DNA of 64,000 bases from Chloroflexota bacterium (lineage in GTDB: Bacteria; Chloroflexota; Dehalococcoidia; Lucifugimonadales; UBA3495), in contig JADFPD010000001.1 of assembly GCA_022562475.1 (NCBI GenBank), positions 15,172 to 79,171 on the forward strand, given 5' to 3'. Below are positions 53,275-60,708 of this stretch, piece after piece. The position numbers and the translations under genes were made by a program. Below the pieces are notes generated by a model. The model made no database searches and had not been told where the DNA came from. It worked only from the letters and a program-made list of their open reading frames with translations. Position 1 is the first letter of the stretch. Every line of letters starts with the position of its first letter.

Positions 53275-53691
53275 ATGTTGTACCTACTCAAGGGATGCGG
53301 AAAATGCGGCGGCGACCTTTCGCAGGATGGCGACGAATGGCGCTGCTTCCAGTGCGGCCGCGTCTACTACCCGGCGCACTCTCCCGAGGAACTGAATTTT
53401 GACCGGATAGACGTCGAGTCTTCAATAGGCAACGGTGAGGCAACCTCAGACCGCGAACGGCCCATCGTCCGCCGGTCGGCCCGCCATCTAAATCCTGTGG
53501 TTGGGGCCACTAGGTATAACGAAGAACTGTGGTGGAACAAGAACCAGCAGGTGATATTCCATCTTGACGAGGGCAAGAAGGTGCGGGAGATCGCCAAGAT
53601 CGTTGGCCAGGGCCCCAGGCAGATCCGCGTGGTCCGTGAGCGGCTCCGCGATCTACGCTCCGCGGAACCGGAGTTGGTGGCCGTCGGCTGA
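53275..53691 (+). CDS. small zinc-ribbon plus HTH protein (putative transcription regulator)
   Basis: 138 aa. The N-terminus carries CGKCGG-x10-CFQCG. The C-terminus carries the HTH-like KKVREIAKIVGQGPRQIRVVRERL. The RBS is GGTGA. Confidence 0.55.
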   Translation: MLYLLKGCGKCGGDLSQDGDEWRCFQCGRVYYPAHSPEELNFDRIDVESSIGNGEATSDRERPIVRRSARHLNPVVGATRYNEELWWNKNQQVIFHLDEGKKVREIAKIVGQGPRQIRVVRERLRDLRSAEPELVAVG

Positions 53692-53848
53692 GCCCGGCAG
53701 GAAACCGTACTACCCACTCCCTTTCTACTTCCGGGCCGTAAGATTGTTGGATCCCCTTCCCGCAATTTTGCGGCCCGTAAATATCTTTCCTTCCCTCCCG
53801 CCCCACGGTGCTGTAACCTAGCCTCCATCCCCCGACAGTGAGGCAAAC

Positions 53849-54820
53849 ATGAAGGCGATACGCGCGTATGAGATCGGCGGACCCGAGGTCCTGAAACTGG
53901 AAGAGGTCCCTGAGCCCACACCTGGGCCCGGCCAAGCCGTGGTCGACCTCAAATCCATCGGCGTCAATTACACCGACGTTTCCAGCCGCAAGGGCACCAA
54001 CCCACCGGCCAGTTTCCCCTGGACTCCGGGACGGGAAGGCTGCGGAGTAGTCACCTCCATCGGCGAAGGCGTGAGCGAAGTGGACGTCGGAGACCGGGTG
54101 GCCTACGCCATGCACACCGGCTCCTACGCCGAGCGCCAGGCCGTGCCGTCGTGGCTGCTGGTCCGTATACCCGACGCCATGGACTTTGCCACCGGCTCGG
54201 CATCGCTCCTCCAGGGGATGACGGCCCATTTCCTGGTATTCGGCATCGCCCGGCTCAATCCCGGCGACCAGGTATTGGTCCACGCCGGGGCCGGCGGGAT
54301 GGGGCTGCTCTTGATCCAGTTGCTGAAGCGGCTGGGCGTCCACGTCTTCACCACGGTCTCCACCGAGGCCAAGGCCGAGATGGCCCAGCAGGCCGGCGCC
54401 GACCAGACGATCCTCTACACCCAACAAGATTTTGAAGAAGAGGTCCGTAAGGCCACCGGCGGCCAGGGCGTGAATATGGTGTTCGACGCCGTGGGTCAGA
54501 CCACCTTTGAGAAGGGTTTCAAGTGCCTGGGACGGAGAGGATACATGGTCCTCTACGGACAGGCCGGAGGACCAGTCACGGACACCAACACCCGAGCGTT
54601 GCAGAACGGTTCGCTATATCTCACCCGGCCCAGTCTCGGGGATTACACCGCCACCCGCGACGAACTGCTCCAGCGGGCCCAGGAGGTCCTGGGGTGGGTG
54701 CAGTCGGGCGAGTTAAAACTGCACATCGGCCTAACGCTGCCCCTATCAGAAGCCGTGGAAGCCCACCGCCAACTGGAAGGCAGAGAAACCGTCGGCAAGA
54801 TTCTCCTGACTCCAGGCTGA
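53849..54820 (+). CDS. NADPH:quinone oxidoreductase (zinc-type ADH superfamily, Qor-like)
   Basis: 323 aa, including MKAIRAYEIGGPEVLKLEEVPEP...VLVHAGAGGMGLLLIQL...HRQLEGRETVGKILL. Confidence 0.9.
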   Translation: MKAIRAYEIGGPEVLKLEEVPEPTPGPGQAVVDLKSIGVNYTDVSSRKGTNPPASFPWTPGREGCGVVTSIGEGVSEVDVGDRVAYAMHTGSYAERQAVPSWLLVRIPDAMDFATGSASLLQGMTAHFLVFGIARLNPGDQVLVHAGAGGMGLLLIQLLKRLGVHVFTTVSTEAKAEMAQQAGADQTILYTQQDFEEEVRKATGGQGVNMVFDAVGQTTFEKGFKCLGRRGYMVLYGQAGGPVTDTNTRALQNGSLYLTRPSLGDYTATRDELLQRAQEVLGWVQSGELKLHIGLTLPLSEAVEAHRQLEGRETVGKILLTPG

Positions 54821-54957
54821 GCCTGGACACAAAGACCCCCGGTGGACGGGATTTTTGCGTTTCTGGGCCTTGCCTGCCGCGCTTCGCTTCGTGGTGTTCT
54901 TCCGCGGGAGGATGTCGAATCCTCGCTGGGGGTAAACCGTATCTCTACCCTGCCCCT

Positions 54958-55055
54958 CTGTGATTCCGAGGGATCAGCCGAAGAATCTCGTTGCTAGAAG
55001 CAAAGTCCGTGATGGCTGGCGACGAGACCCTTCGCTTCACTCAGGGTGACAATCT
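54958..55055 (+). repeat. imperfect inverted-repeat intergenic element (REP/MITE-like), copy 2
   Basis: CTGTGATTCCGAGGGATCAGCCGAAGAATCTCG ... CCCTTCGCTTCACTCAGGGTGACAAT has the same two sub-motifs, in the same order, as the minus-strand copy at 8405-8497. Confidence 0.5.
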
Positions 55056-55149
55056 TCACGGGAGCGCCCAGTCAACGAACACGCCTAGTCAGCCGGACAC
55101 AAAACTGCGTGTAGAATATCTCCGGCTGACACTAGATCGGAGGTGTACC

Positions 55150-56046
55150 GTGGCTGAGAAGTTTTCAGGGGTCCATTGGATGCTGGCTACGCCCTTCCAC
55201 GAAGACGAGGGCATCGACACGGCGTCCTTGGTTAATCTGGTGGACAAAGCCGTCGCATCGGGATGTCAGGGCATGGTGTGCCTGGGCGTAACCGGCGAGG
55301 CTGCGCGTCTGACCGACCGGGAGCGCCATCAGGTGGCGGAGACGGTCATCCAGCACTCGGAGGGCCGACCGGTGACTGTGGGGACCACCGCCGGCAGCAC
55401 CGCCGCAGCGATCGAACGCAGCAGGGAAGCTCAGGAATTGGGCGCGGCGGCGGTCATGGTCTCGCCTCCGCCCATGGGCAAACCCAATCCGGACGCCGTC
55501 CTGGCCCACTACTCCCGGCTGGCCGACGCCATCGACCTGCCCATCGTGGTCCAGGACTACCCCAGCACCTCCGGCGTGCATATGTCCCCCGACTTTATCG
55601 CCAGGCTCTGCAATAGCGTTCCCGCCGCCCGATATCTGAAGCTGGAAGACCCGCCCACGCCGCCCAAGATCTCGGCCATCCGCAAGCTGGTGGGCGACGA
55701 TATGCCCATCTTCGGCGGGCTGGGCGGGGTGTTCTTGCTGGAGGAATTGTCCCGGGGTTCCGCCGGCGCCATGACTGGGTTCGCCTATCCCGAAGTCCTG
55801 GTGGATATCTGCCGTAAGATGGCCGAAGGCGACCGGGACCAGGCCGAAGAGCTCTTCACCCGTTGTCTGCCGTTGATGCTGTTCGAGTTCCAAGAAGGCA
55901 TCGGCGTTGGCATCCGCAAGTACGCCCTGCACAGCCGCGGCCTGATCGAGAATCCCAGGGTCCGCCACCCCGGTCCCAACCCGACCGACGAGACCAAAGC
56001 CGAATTCCACCGCCTGGTGGAAGCCGTGGGGTTGTCGTCGCTCTAA
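55150..56046 (+). CDS. dihydrodipicolinate synthase/N-acetylneuraminate lyase family protein
   Basis: GTG start at 55150 with GGAGG upstream. The protein reads FSGVHWMLATPFHEDEGID...GMVCLGVTGEAARL. The track ORF's 5' extension is a translated repeat element. Confidence 0.85.
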   Translation: MAEKFSGVHWMLATPFHEDEGIDTASLVNLVDKAVASGCQGMVCLGVTGEAARLTDRERHQVAETVIQHSEGRPVTVGTTAGSTAAAIERSREAQELGAAAVMVSPPPMGKPNPDAVLAHYSRLADAIDLPIVVQDYPSTSGVHMSPDFIARLCNSVPAARYLKLEDPPTPPKISAIRKLVGDDMPIFGGLGGVFLLEELSRGSAGAMTGFAYPEVLVDICRKMAEGDRDQAEELFTRCLPLMLFEFQEGIGVGIRKYALHSRGLIENPRVRHPGPNPTDETKAEFHRLVEAVGLSSL

Positions 56047-56168
56047 CACCACTTCGCTGGCATTCACCTACCGATGGGCGGCCTGGTGAATTATTGGAGC
56101 GCCTCCCCGGTGTTGGAAGCGCTGGGAAAATCGGGGTCCACCATGACTCACAGTGAGGAGCATTAATC

Positions 56169-56813
56169 ATGGGTTTCTTTGATGCCATATTAGGGTTTTT
56201 CAAAAGTGGCTCGGGGACGCCTGGCTCTCCAGGCGAAAAGGGAGATAAGGGAGATAAAGGTGATAAGGGTGACCCGGGCGAAGATGCGGTGGGTCCTCAG
56301 CTGATCAAACTGCCGGTCAACTTCGTTTTGGTTACTTCGACGCTCAACATCAACCGGATGCTTCCGGTAAGAACAGCCATGACGGACGTGAAAGCGTTCT
56401 GGGCCCTGCTGGACATTGACATCCAGCCTCGTATCTCCGGGATGGTTGCAGATGAAAACATCCTTACTTTCGATATCGCGAGTCCGGAACTCATAGACCG
56501 TCATTTCTGGGAGGTCCGGGGCAATCCATTGACCTTGTACATCGGATGGGAATCAACGAGGGTCGGCGATGACCTATTGGGGCAAGCTAGAGCTGACGGC
56601 CTCGCCATCGTGGCGGGTGGGAATGCGCTACCTGGAGGCGGCAACCTGATGGCCGATATCATCAACCATGAACTCGGCCACCTTCTGGGCCTGGGCGCCG
56701 GCCACGTAGAAGGCACATTTATGCGGGAGATTGTTGACGTGCCAAACGATACCGTTACCGCTGACCAGCGAGTGATACTCAAGGCCACTGCGTACGAGCT
56801 CGGAGGGTTTTGA
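56169..56813 (+). CDS. collagen-like (GXY)8 repeat protein with C-terminal HExxH zinc-metalloprotease-like motif
   Basis: 214 aa with the RBS GAGGAG. The collagen stretch is GTPGSPGEKGDKGDKGDKGDPGED. The metalloprotease-like motif is IINHELGHLLGLGAGH. It is AT-richer than its neighbours and I see no signal peptide. Confidence 0.65.
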   Translation: MGFFDAILGFFKSGSGTPGSPGEKGDKGDKGDKGDPGEDAVGPQLIKLPVNFVLVTSTLNINRMLPVRTAMTDVKAFWALLDIDIQPRISGMVADENILTFDIASPELIDRHFWEVRGNPLTLYIGWESTRVGDDLLGQARADGLAIVAGGNALPGGGNLMADIINHELGHLLGLGAGHVEGTFMREIVDVPNDTVTADQRVILKATAYELGGF

Positions 56814-56828
56814 CCCGTTACGGGTGTT

Positions 56829-56857
56829 CCGTTCGTGGTGAGCCTGTCGAACCACCG
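56829..56857. repeat. short intergenic hairpin element (family with 27023-27050)
   Basis: In CCGTTCGTGGTGAGCCTGTCGAACCACCG, the stem GTGGT/ACCAC flanks the conserved GAGCCTGTCGA core. Confidence 0.4.
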
Positions 56858-56937
56858 TTGTTAAGCAGTCATTTTCAACAGCAGCACGACTTATGCGGGT
56901 CCTTCGGCGGGCTCAGGAAGAGTGGAGCCGGGGAGGC

Positions 56938-57690
56938 CTACTGCGCCGTCCAGCCGCCGTCTATGACCAACTCGCTGCCGGTGACGAAGGACGACTCGTC
57001 GGAGGCCAGGTACAAGACGCCGTAGGCCACGTCTTCGGACTCGCCGTACCGGCCCAGGGGGATGCGGGAGACCATAACTTCCTGGACCGCTGGGTCGGAC
57101 CGCCGCGCCTCGGTCATGGGAGTGACGATGGGGCCGGGGTGGACAGAATTGACCCGGATCCCCTCGGCCGCATACTGGATGGCCGCCGATTTGGTGAAGA
57201 TCCGGACTGCTCCCTTGGACGCCTGGTACTGAGGGCTACTTTCGCTCATGCCCACCAGCCCCAACTGTGATGAGATGTTGATGATGGAGCCACCGCCGGC
57301 CTTCCGCATCTCGGGGATGGCGGCGCGGGTGCCCAGGAACACACCCTTAGCGTTTATGTTCATCACCCGGTCCCAATCGGCCACGGTGGTCTCTTCGATG
57401 GTGCCTCTGGCGCTGATCCCCGCGTTGTTCACCAACACGTCTAGCTTGCCGTAGCGGTCCACCGCCTCCCTCACCACCCCCTCCCAGTCCGTTTCACTGG
57501 TCACGTCCAGGCGCACGAAGACGGCATCGCCGCCTTCGACGGTAATCTTCTCAACCAGGCTGCGGCCCTCTTCCTCCAGCACGTCTCCCACCACCACCTT
57601 GGCCCCTTCCTTGAGGAACAACTCCGCCTCAACGGCCCCCATGCCCCGGCTGCCGCCGCTGATGATGGCTACTTTTCCTGCTAAGCGCAC
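56938..57690 (-). CDS. SDR family oxidoreductase
   Basis: ISGGSRGMGA, NNAGI and YQASKGAV motifs. 250 aa. Confidence 0.9.
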   Translation of the reverse strand: MRLAGKVAIISGGSRGMGAVEAELFLKEGAKVVVGDVLEEEGRSLVEKITVEGGDAVFVRLDVTSETDWEGVVREAVDRYGKLDVLVNNAGISARGTIEETTVADWDRVMNINAKGVFLGTRAAIPEMRKAGGGSIINISSQLGLVGMSESSPQYQASKGAVRIFTKSAAIQYAAEGIRVNSVHPGPIVTPMTEARRSDPAVQEVMVSRIPLGRYGESEDVAYGVLYLASDESSFVTGSELVIDGGWTAQ

Positions 57691-57772
57691 GGTGAGACTC
57701 CTTATGGGTGAAGTTTGGGTTGCTCAGCAATATTGCTTGAAGGAGAGGGTCGAGGTGAGGGCTCTCCGTCAA

Positions 57773-58591
57773 CTAATACCTGGTCTGCTGGCTCATGGGC
57801 GTGAAGGTGCCGGGGTGAACCGCCGTGAGGCCTGCGTCCACGGGCAGGCAGATGCCGGTGATCCAGCGGGCTTCATCACTGGCCAAGAACAATGCCGCGT
57901 AACCAACGTCCCAGCCGGTGCCTTCGGTCTTCAGCGGTGCGGCCTCGGTGCGGTACTGCCGGAGGTCGTCGTTCATGCGCGGCGCCACCATCGGCGTGTA
58001 GACCAAGCCGGGGGCGATGGCATTCACCCGGATGTTGTCGGCGGCGTGGTCGGCGGCCATGGAAAAAGTCAATCCAATGACACCGGCCTTGGACGTTGTG
58101 TAGGGTGTACTGCTGTGGGCCCTCAGCCCGGCGATTGACGATATGTTGATTATCGCCCCACCGCCCCCGCTGGCAATGATGTGAGGAATGGTAGCCTTGC
58201 TGGCCAGCATGATGGTCTTCAAGTTGACCGTCATCACCCTGTCCCAGTCCTCCTCGCTGACCTCCACCACTGTGCCTCGCTGGGAGATGCCCACGTTGTT
58301 GTCCAGGATATCCACCCGGCCGTAGCGCTCGATCGCCGTTTGAGCCATGCGCTCGCAGTCCTCGATCTTGGTCATGTCGCCCTGAAGGGTTGAGGCGACG
58401 CCGCCCTCTTCCTGGATGATTCGAAGGGTCTCCCGCGCCCGGTCTTCTTGGAAGTCAACCAATAAGACCTTGGCCCCCTCCCTGGCGAACAGGATGGACG
58501 CCGCCTTGCCGTTCCCCACTCCATCGCCGCTGGACCCGGCGCCGGTTACGATCGCTACTTTGCCTTCAAGTCTGGGTGGTCGGTCCGCCAT
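57773..58591 (-). CDS. SDR family oxidoreductase
   Basis: The start is set at MADRPPRLEGKVAIVTGAG (ATG 58589-58591, GAGGTG RBS). The YTTSKAGV catalytic motif is present. Confidence 0.88.
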   Translation of the reverse strand: MADRPPRLEGKVAIVTGAGSSGDGVGNGKAASILFAREGAKVLLVDFQEDRARETLRIIQEEGGVASTLQGDMTKIEDCERMAQTAIERYGRVDILDNNVGISQRGTVVEVSEEDWDRVMTVNLKTIMLASKATIPHIIASGGGGAIINISSIAGLRAHSSTPYTTSKAGVIGLTFSMAADHAADNIRVNAIAPGLVYTPMVAPRMNDDLRQYRTEAAPLKTEGTGWDVGYAALFLASDEARWITGICLPVDAGLTAVHPGTFTPMSQQTRY

Positions 58592-58751
58592 CGGTGGCAC
58601 CTCTCGATATACGCTGCCAATCATCTTTTCGGGCCGTATTACATTGGGGTACAATCAAGGAAAGCCTATCCATTGTCAAGACCGCCGGTGCCGCGATGGC
58701 CGAGCGTTCCAGCGAAATTCGTCGGCCAGCCCGAAATCCGCGCACGGTTTC

Positions 58752-58780
58752 TTGACTCCACCTGGGCAGCACTCTACACT
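58752..58780 (+). promoter_or_regulatory. candidate sigma-70 promoter of the NYN-LOTUS gene
   Basis: TTGACT (58752-58757) is separated by a 17-nt spacer from TACACT (58775-58780). Confidence 0.4.
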
Positions 58781-58833
58781 GGTAGGGACACACATTGGTG
58801 CGCCTGAAATCGGCCACCGGGACGTATTACTGC

Positions 58834-60621
58834 ATGCAGACCAATCTCAACCGCGGGGCGGACGTCGCCCTATTCATTGACTGGGAAAACTTCAAGATCA
58901 GCCTGGCCGTAGGCCACCGCACCCCCAACGTTTCCGCACTAAAGGAAGAAGTCTCCAACCACGGACGCGTGGTGATTGCCAAGGCCTATGCGGACTGGGT
59001 TACCAGGGCCCCCGAACTCAGGGGCGCCAGCCAGTTTCTAAACGACCCTCCCTCCCTCTACGCCGCCGGCATCGAGCCGGTGTTCGTGCCCACCCGGGCC
59101 CCCTCTCCCAACGCCACCAACGCCAACGGAATGCGCACGAGCCGCATCAAGAACAGCGTCGACGTCAAGATGACCGCCGACTGTATCGAGATTGCCCACT
59201 CGTACCCCAACATCGGCACCTTCGTGCTGGTTTCCGGAGATTCCGACTTCATCCACGTCGTCAACGCCCTCCGCACCATGGGCAAGCATGTGATCGTAAT
59301 CGGCATCTCCTGGAGCACTTCACGCCGTCTGGCCGACCAGGTTGACACTCTGATCCTCTACGACGTGGATGTTGACCCCCCGGCACCCTCCGAGCCCGCC
59401 ACCCCCGCCGCCGCCCCCACCGCCGATACCGCTGCCGCCAGCGCCTCGGCCGGGGACCTGAATGACATGATCCAGGCCATCGAAGACATTATCCGGGACG
59501 AGCGTAAGGCCGGCGGCAACCCGCTGTTGACCTCCATCAAGCAGCGTTTGGTGCGCCGATATCCCGAGTTTGACGAGAAGAAACTGGGCTACTCCGGGTT
59601 CAAACGCCTGATGGCCCGCGTGGCGCAGAACGGCAACGTCCGGCTGATCACTGCCGGTTTGGTAGACTGGGCCATCATGTCCGACGAAGAAATCCCCGAG
59701 GGCGCCACCGAAGCCACATTCTCCAGTCCCGGCGCTCGGCTAGGACGGCGTAGGGGCCGCCTTCCCCGTTCCAGACAGCGCGATGAGACCCCGATTCTGG
59801 AACCTGTTAGCTCCGAGTTTGACGATACTTCGGTTGTCGAGGATACCGAAACCGACCACGAACCTACCCCGGCGATCGCAACCAACGGACAGCATGACCA
59901 TGACAACCAGCCGGAGCACTCGTATCAATCGGACGAAGGCGAGCCTGCCGGTTCCGGTTCTCCCTTTGGCAGCAACGAGGAATTAGCCCAGGCCCTGCAG
60001 GATGCAATCAGCGGTTTGGGCATGCCTGCTGAACCGGACGACGGAATGCTGGCCGAACGCGTCTCCGACCTGATCTTCATGGCAAATACCCTGGAACACC
60101 AGGAAGGGGTCAGTCATGTCGCTTTCAACTTCCTGGCCTCCGAGATCTGCGACGCCCTTGGCCAGGGGCTGGACGCGGGGCACCCAGAGATCACCAAACG
60201 ATGGGGCCAGTCCAGTTCCCGTCCTTACGTGAGCAAGATCCTTCGCAGCCTGAGCGACGGGGAGTTCTTCCTGAAGGGCAACCATAGTTGGCGCGATGAG
60301 ACATCCGGCCAGAACCGCCGCCGCCGCACTTTCAACCTGAACCACGAACACCCGTTGGTGCAGCAGGTGATCGCCGCCCGTTCTAGCGCTGTCGCTGAGA
60401 CCGCAGACGAGGAAACTGATCCAGCCGTTGACCAAATTGATTCACCGGAATCCCCAGAATCTGCCGCGATCATGGAGAATGGCGCTTCCGAGGAGGAGAG
60501 CCCGGATGTGCCCGACAGCCCAGACTTCGACGACGAAGACTACGAATCTGGCAAATCGGCGGCCGAGGCCCGCGCCGAGACCGGTTTCATCTCCCGGCTG
60601 TTCCGGCCCCGCCGAAATTAA
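58834..60621 (+). CDS. NYN (LabA/DUF88) nuclease-domain protein with OST-HTH/LOTUS domain and long acidic disordered regions
   Basis: The NYN domain reads VALFIDWENF...KNSVDVKMTADCIE...VLVSGDSDFIHVVNALR. The LOTUS-like domain reads LTSIKQRLVRRYPEFDEKKLGYSGFKRLMARV. The start could instead be the TTG at 58795. Confidence 0.8.
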   Translation: MQTNLNRGADVALFIDWENFKISLAVGHRTPNVSALKEEVSNHGRVVIAKAYADWVTRAPELRGASQFLNDPPSLYAAGIEPVFVPTRAPSPNATNANGMRTSRIKNSVDVKMTADCIEIAHSYPNIGTFVLVSGDSDFIHVVNALRTMGKHVIVIGISWSTSRRLADQVDTLILYDVDVDPPAPSEPATPAAAPTADTAAASASAGDLNDMIQAIEDIIRDERKAGGNPLLTSIKQRLVRRYPEFDEKKLGYSGFKRLMARVAQNGNVRLITAGLVDWAIMSDEEIPEGATEATFSSPGARLGRRRGRLPRSRQRDETPILEPVSSEFDDTSVVEDTETDHEPTPAIATNGQHDHDNQPEHSYQSDEGEPAGSGSPFGSNEELAQALQDAISGLGMPAEPDDGMLAERVSDLIFMANTLEHQEGVSHVAFNFLASEICDALGQGLDAGHPEITKRWGQSSSRPYVSKILRSLSDGEFFLKGNHSWRDETSGQNRRRRTFNLNHEHPLVQQVIAARSSAVAETADEETDPAVDQIDSPESPESAAIMENGASEEESPDVPDSPDFDDEDYESGKSAAEARAETGFISRLFRPRRN

Positions 60622-60656
60622 GCCGAATAAACCCTGGTAATCCCGGCCAACTAAAA

Positions 60657-60680
60657 AGCGCCCCGATAAATCGGGGCGCT
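60657..60680. terminator. bidirectional rho-independent terminator
   Basis: AGCGCCCCGA-TAAA-TCGGGGCGCT is flanked by an A-run upstream and TTAATTTTT downstream. It lies between convergent genes. Confidence 0.7.
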
Positions 60681-60708
60681 TTAATTTTTCACACTCCACG
60701 TCGGACCA

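Noticed and set aside
53147-53395. 82-aa ORF starting MTRLTCPVCH upstream of the zinc-ribbon/HTH gene
   Set aside because: It overlaps the better-supported 53275-53691 ORF out of frame and has no RBS. After the first 25 residues the sequence becomes Ala/Arg/Thr-rich noise.
53510-54427. 305-aa ORF on the minus strand
   Set aside because: It is antisense to the quinone oxidoreductase gene and spans a non-coding gap. It is a shadow ORF.
55165-56067. 300-aa ORF on the minus strand
   Set aside because: It is antisense to the DapA-family gene. It is a shadow ORF.
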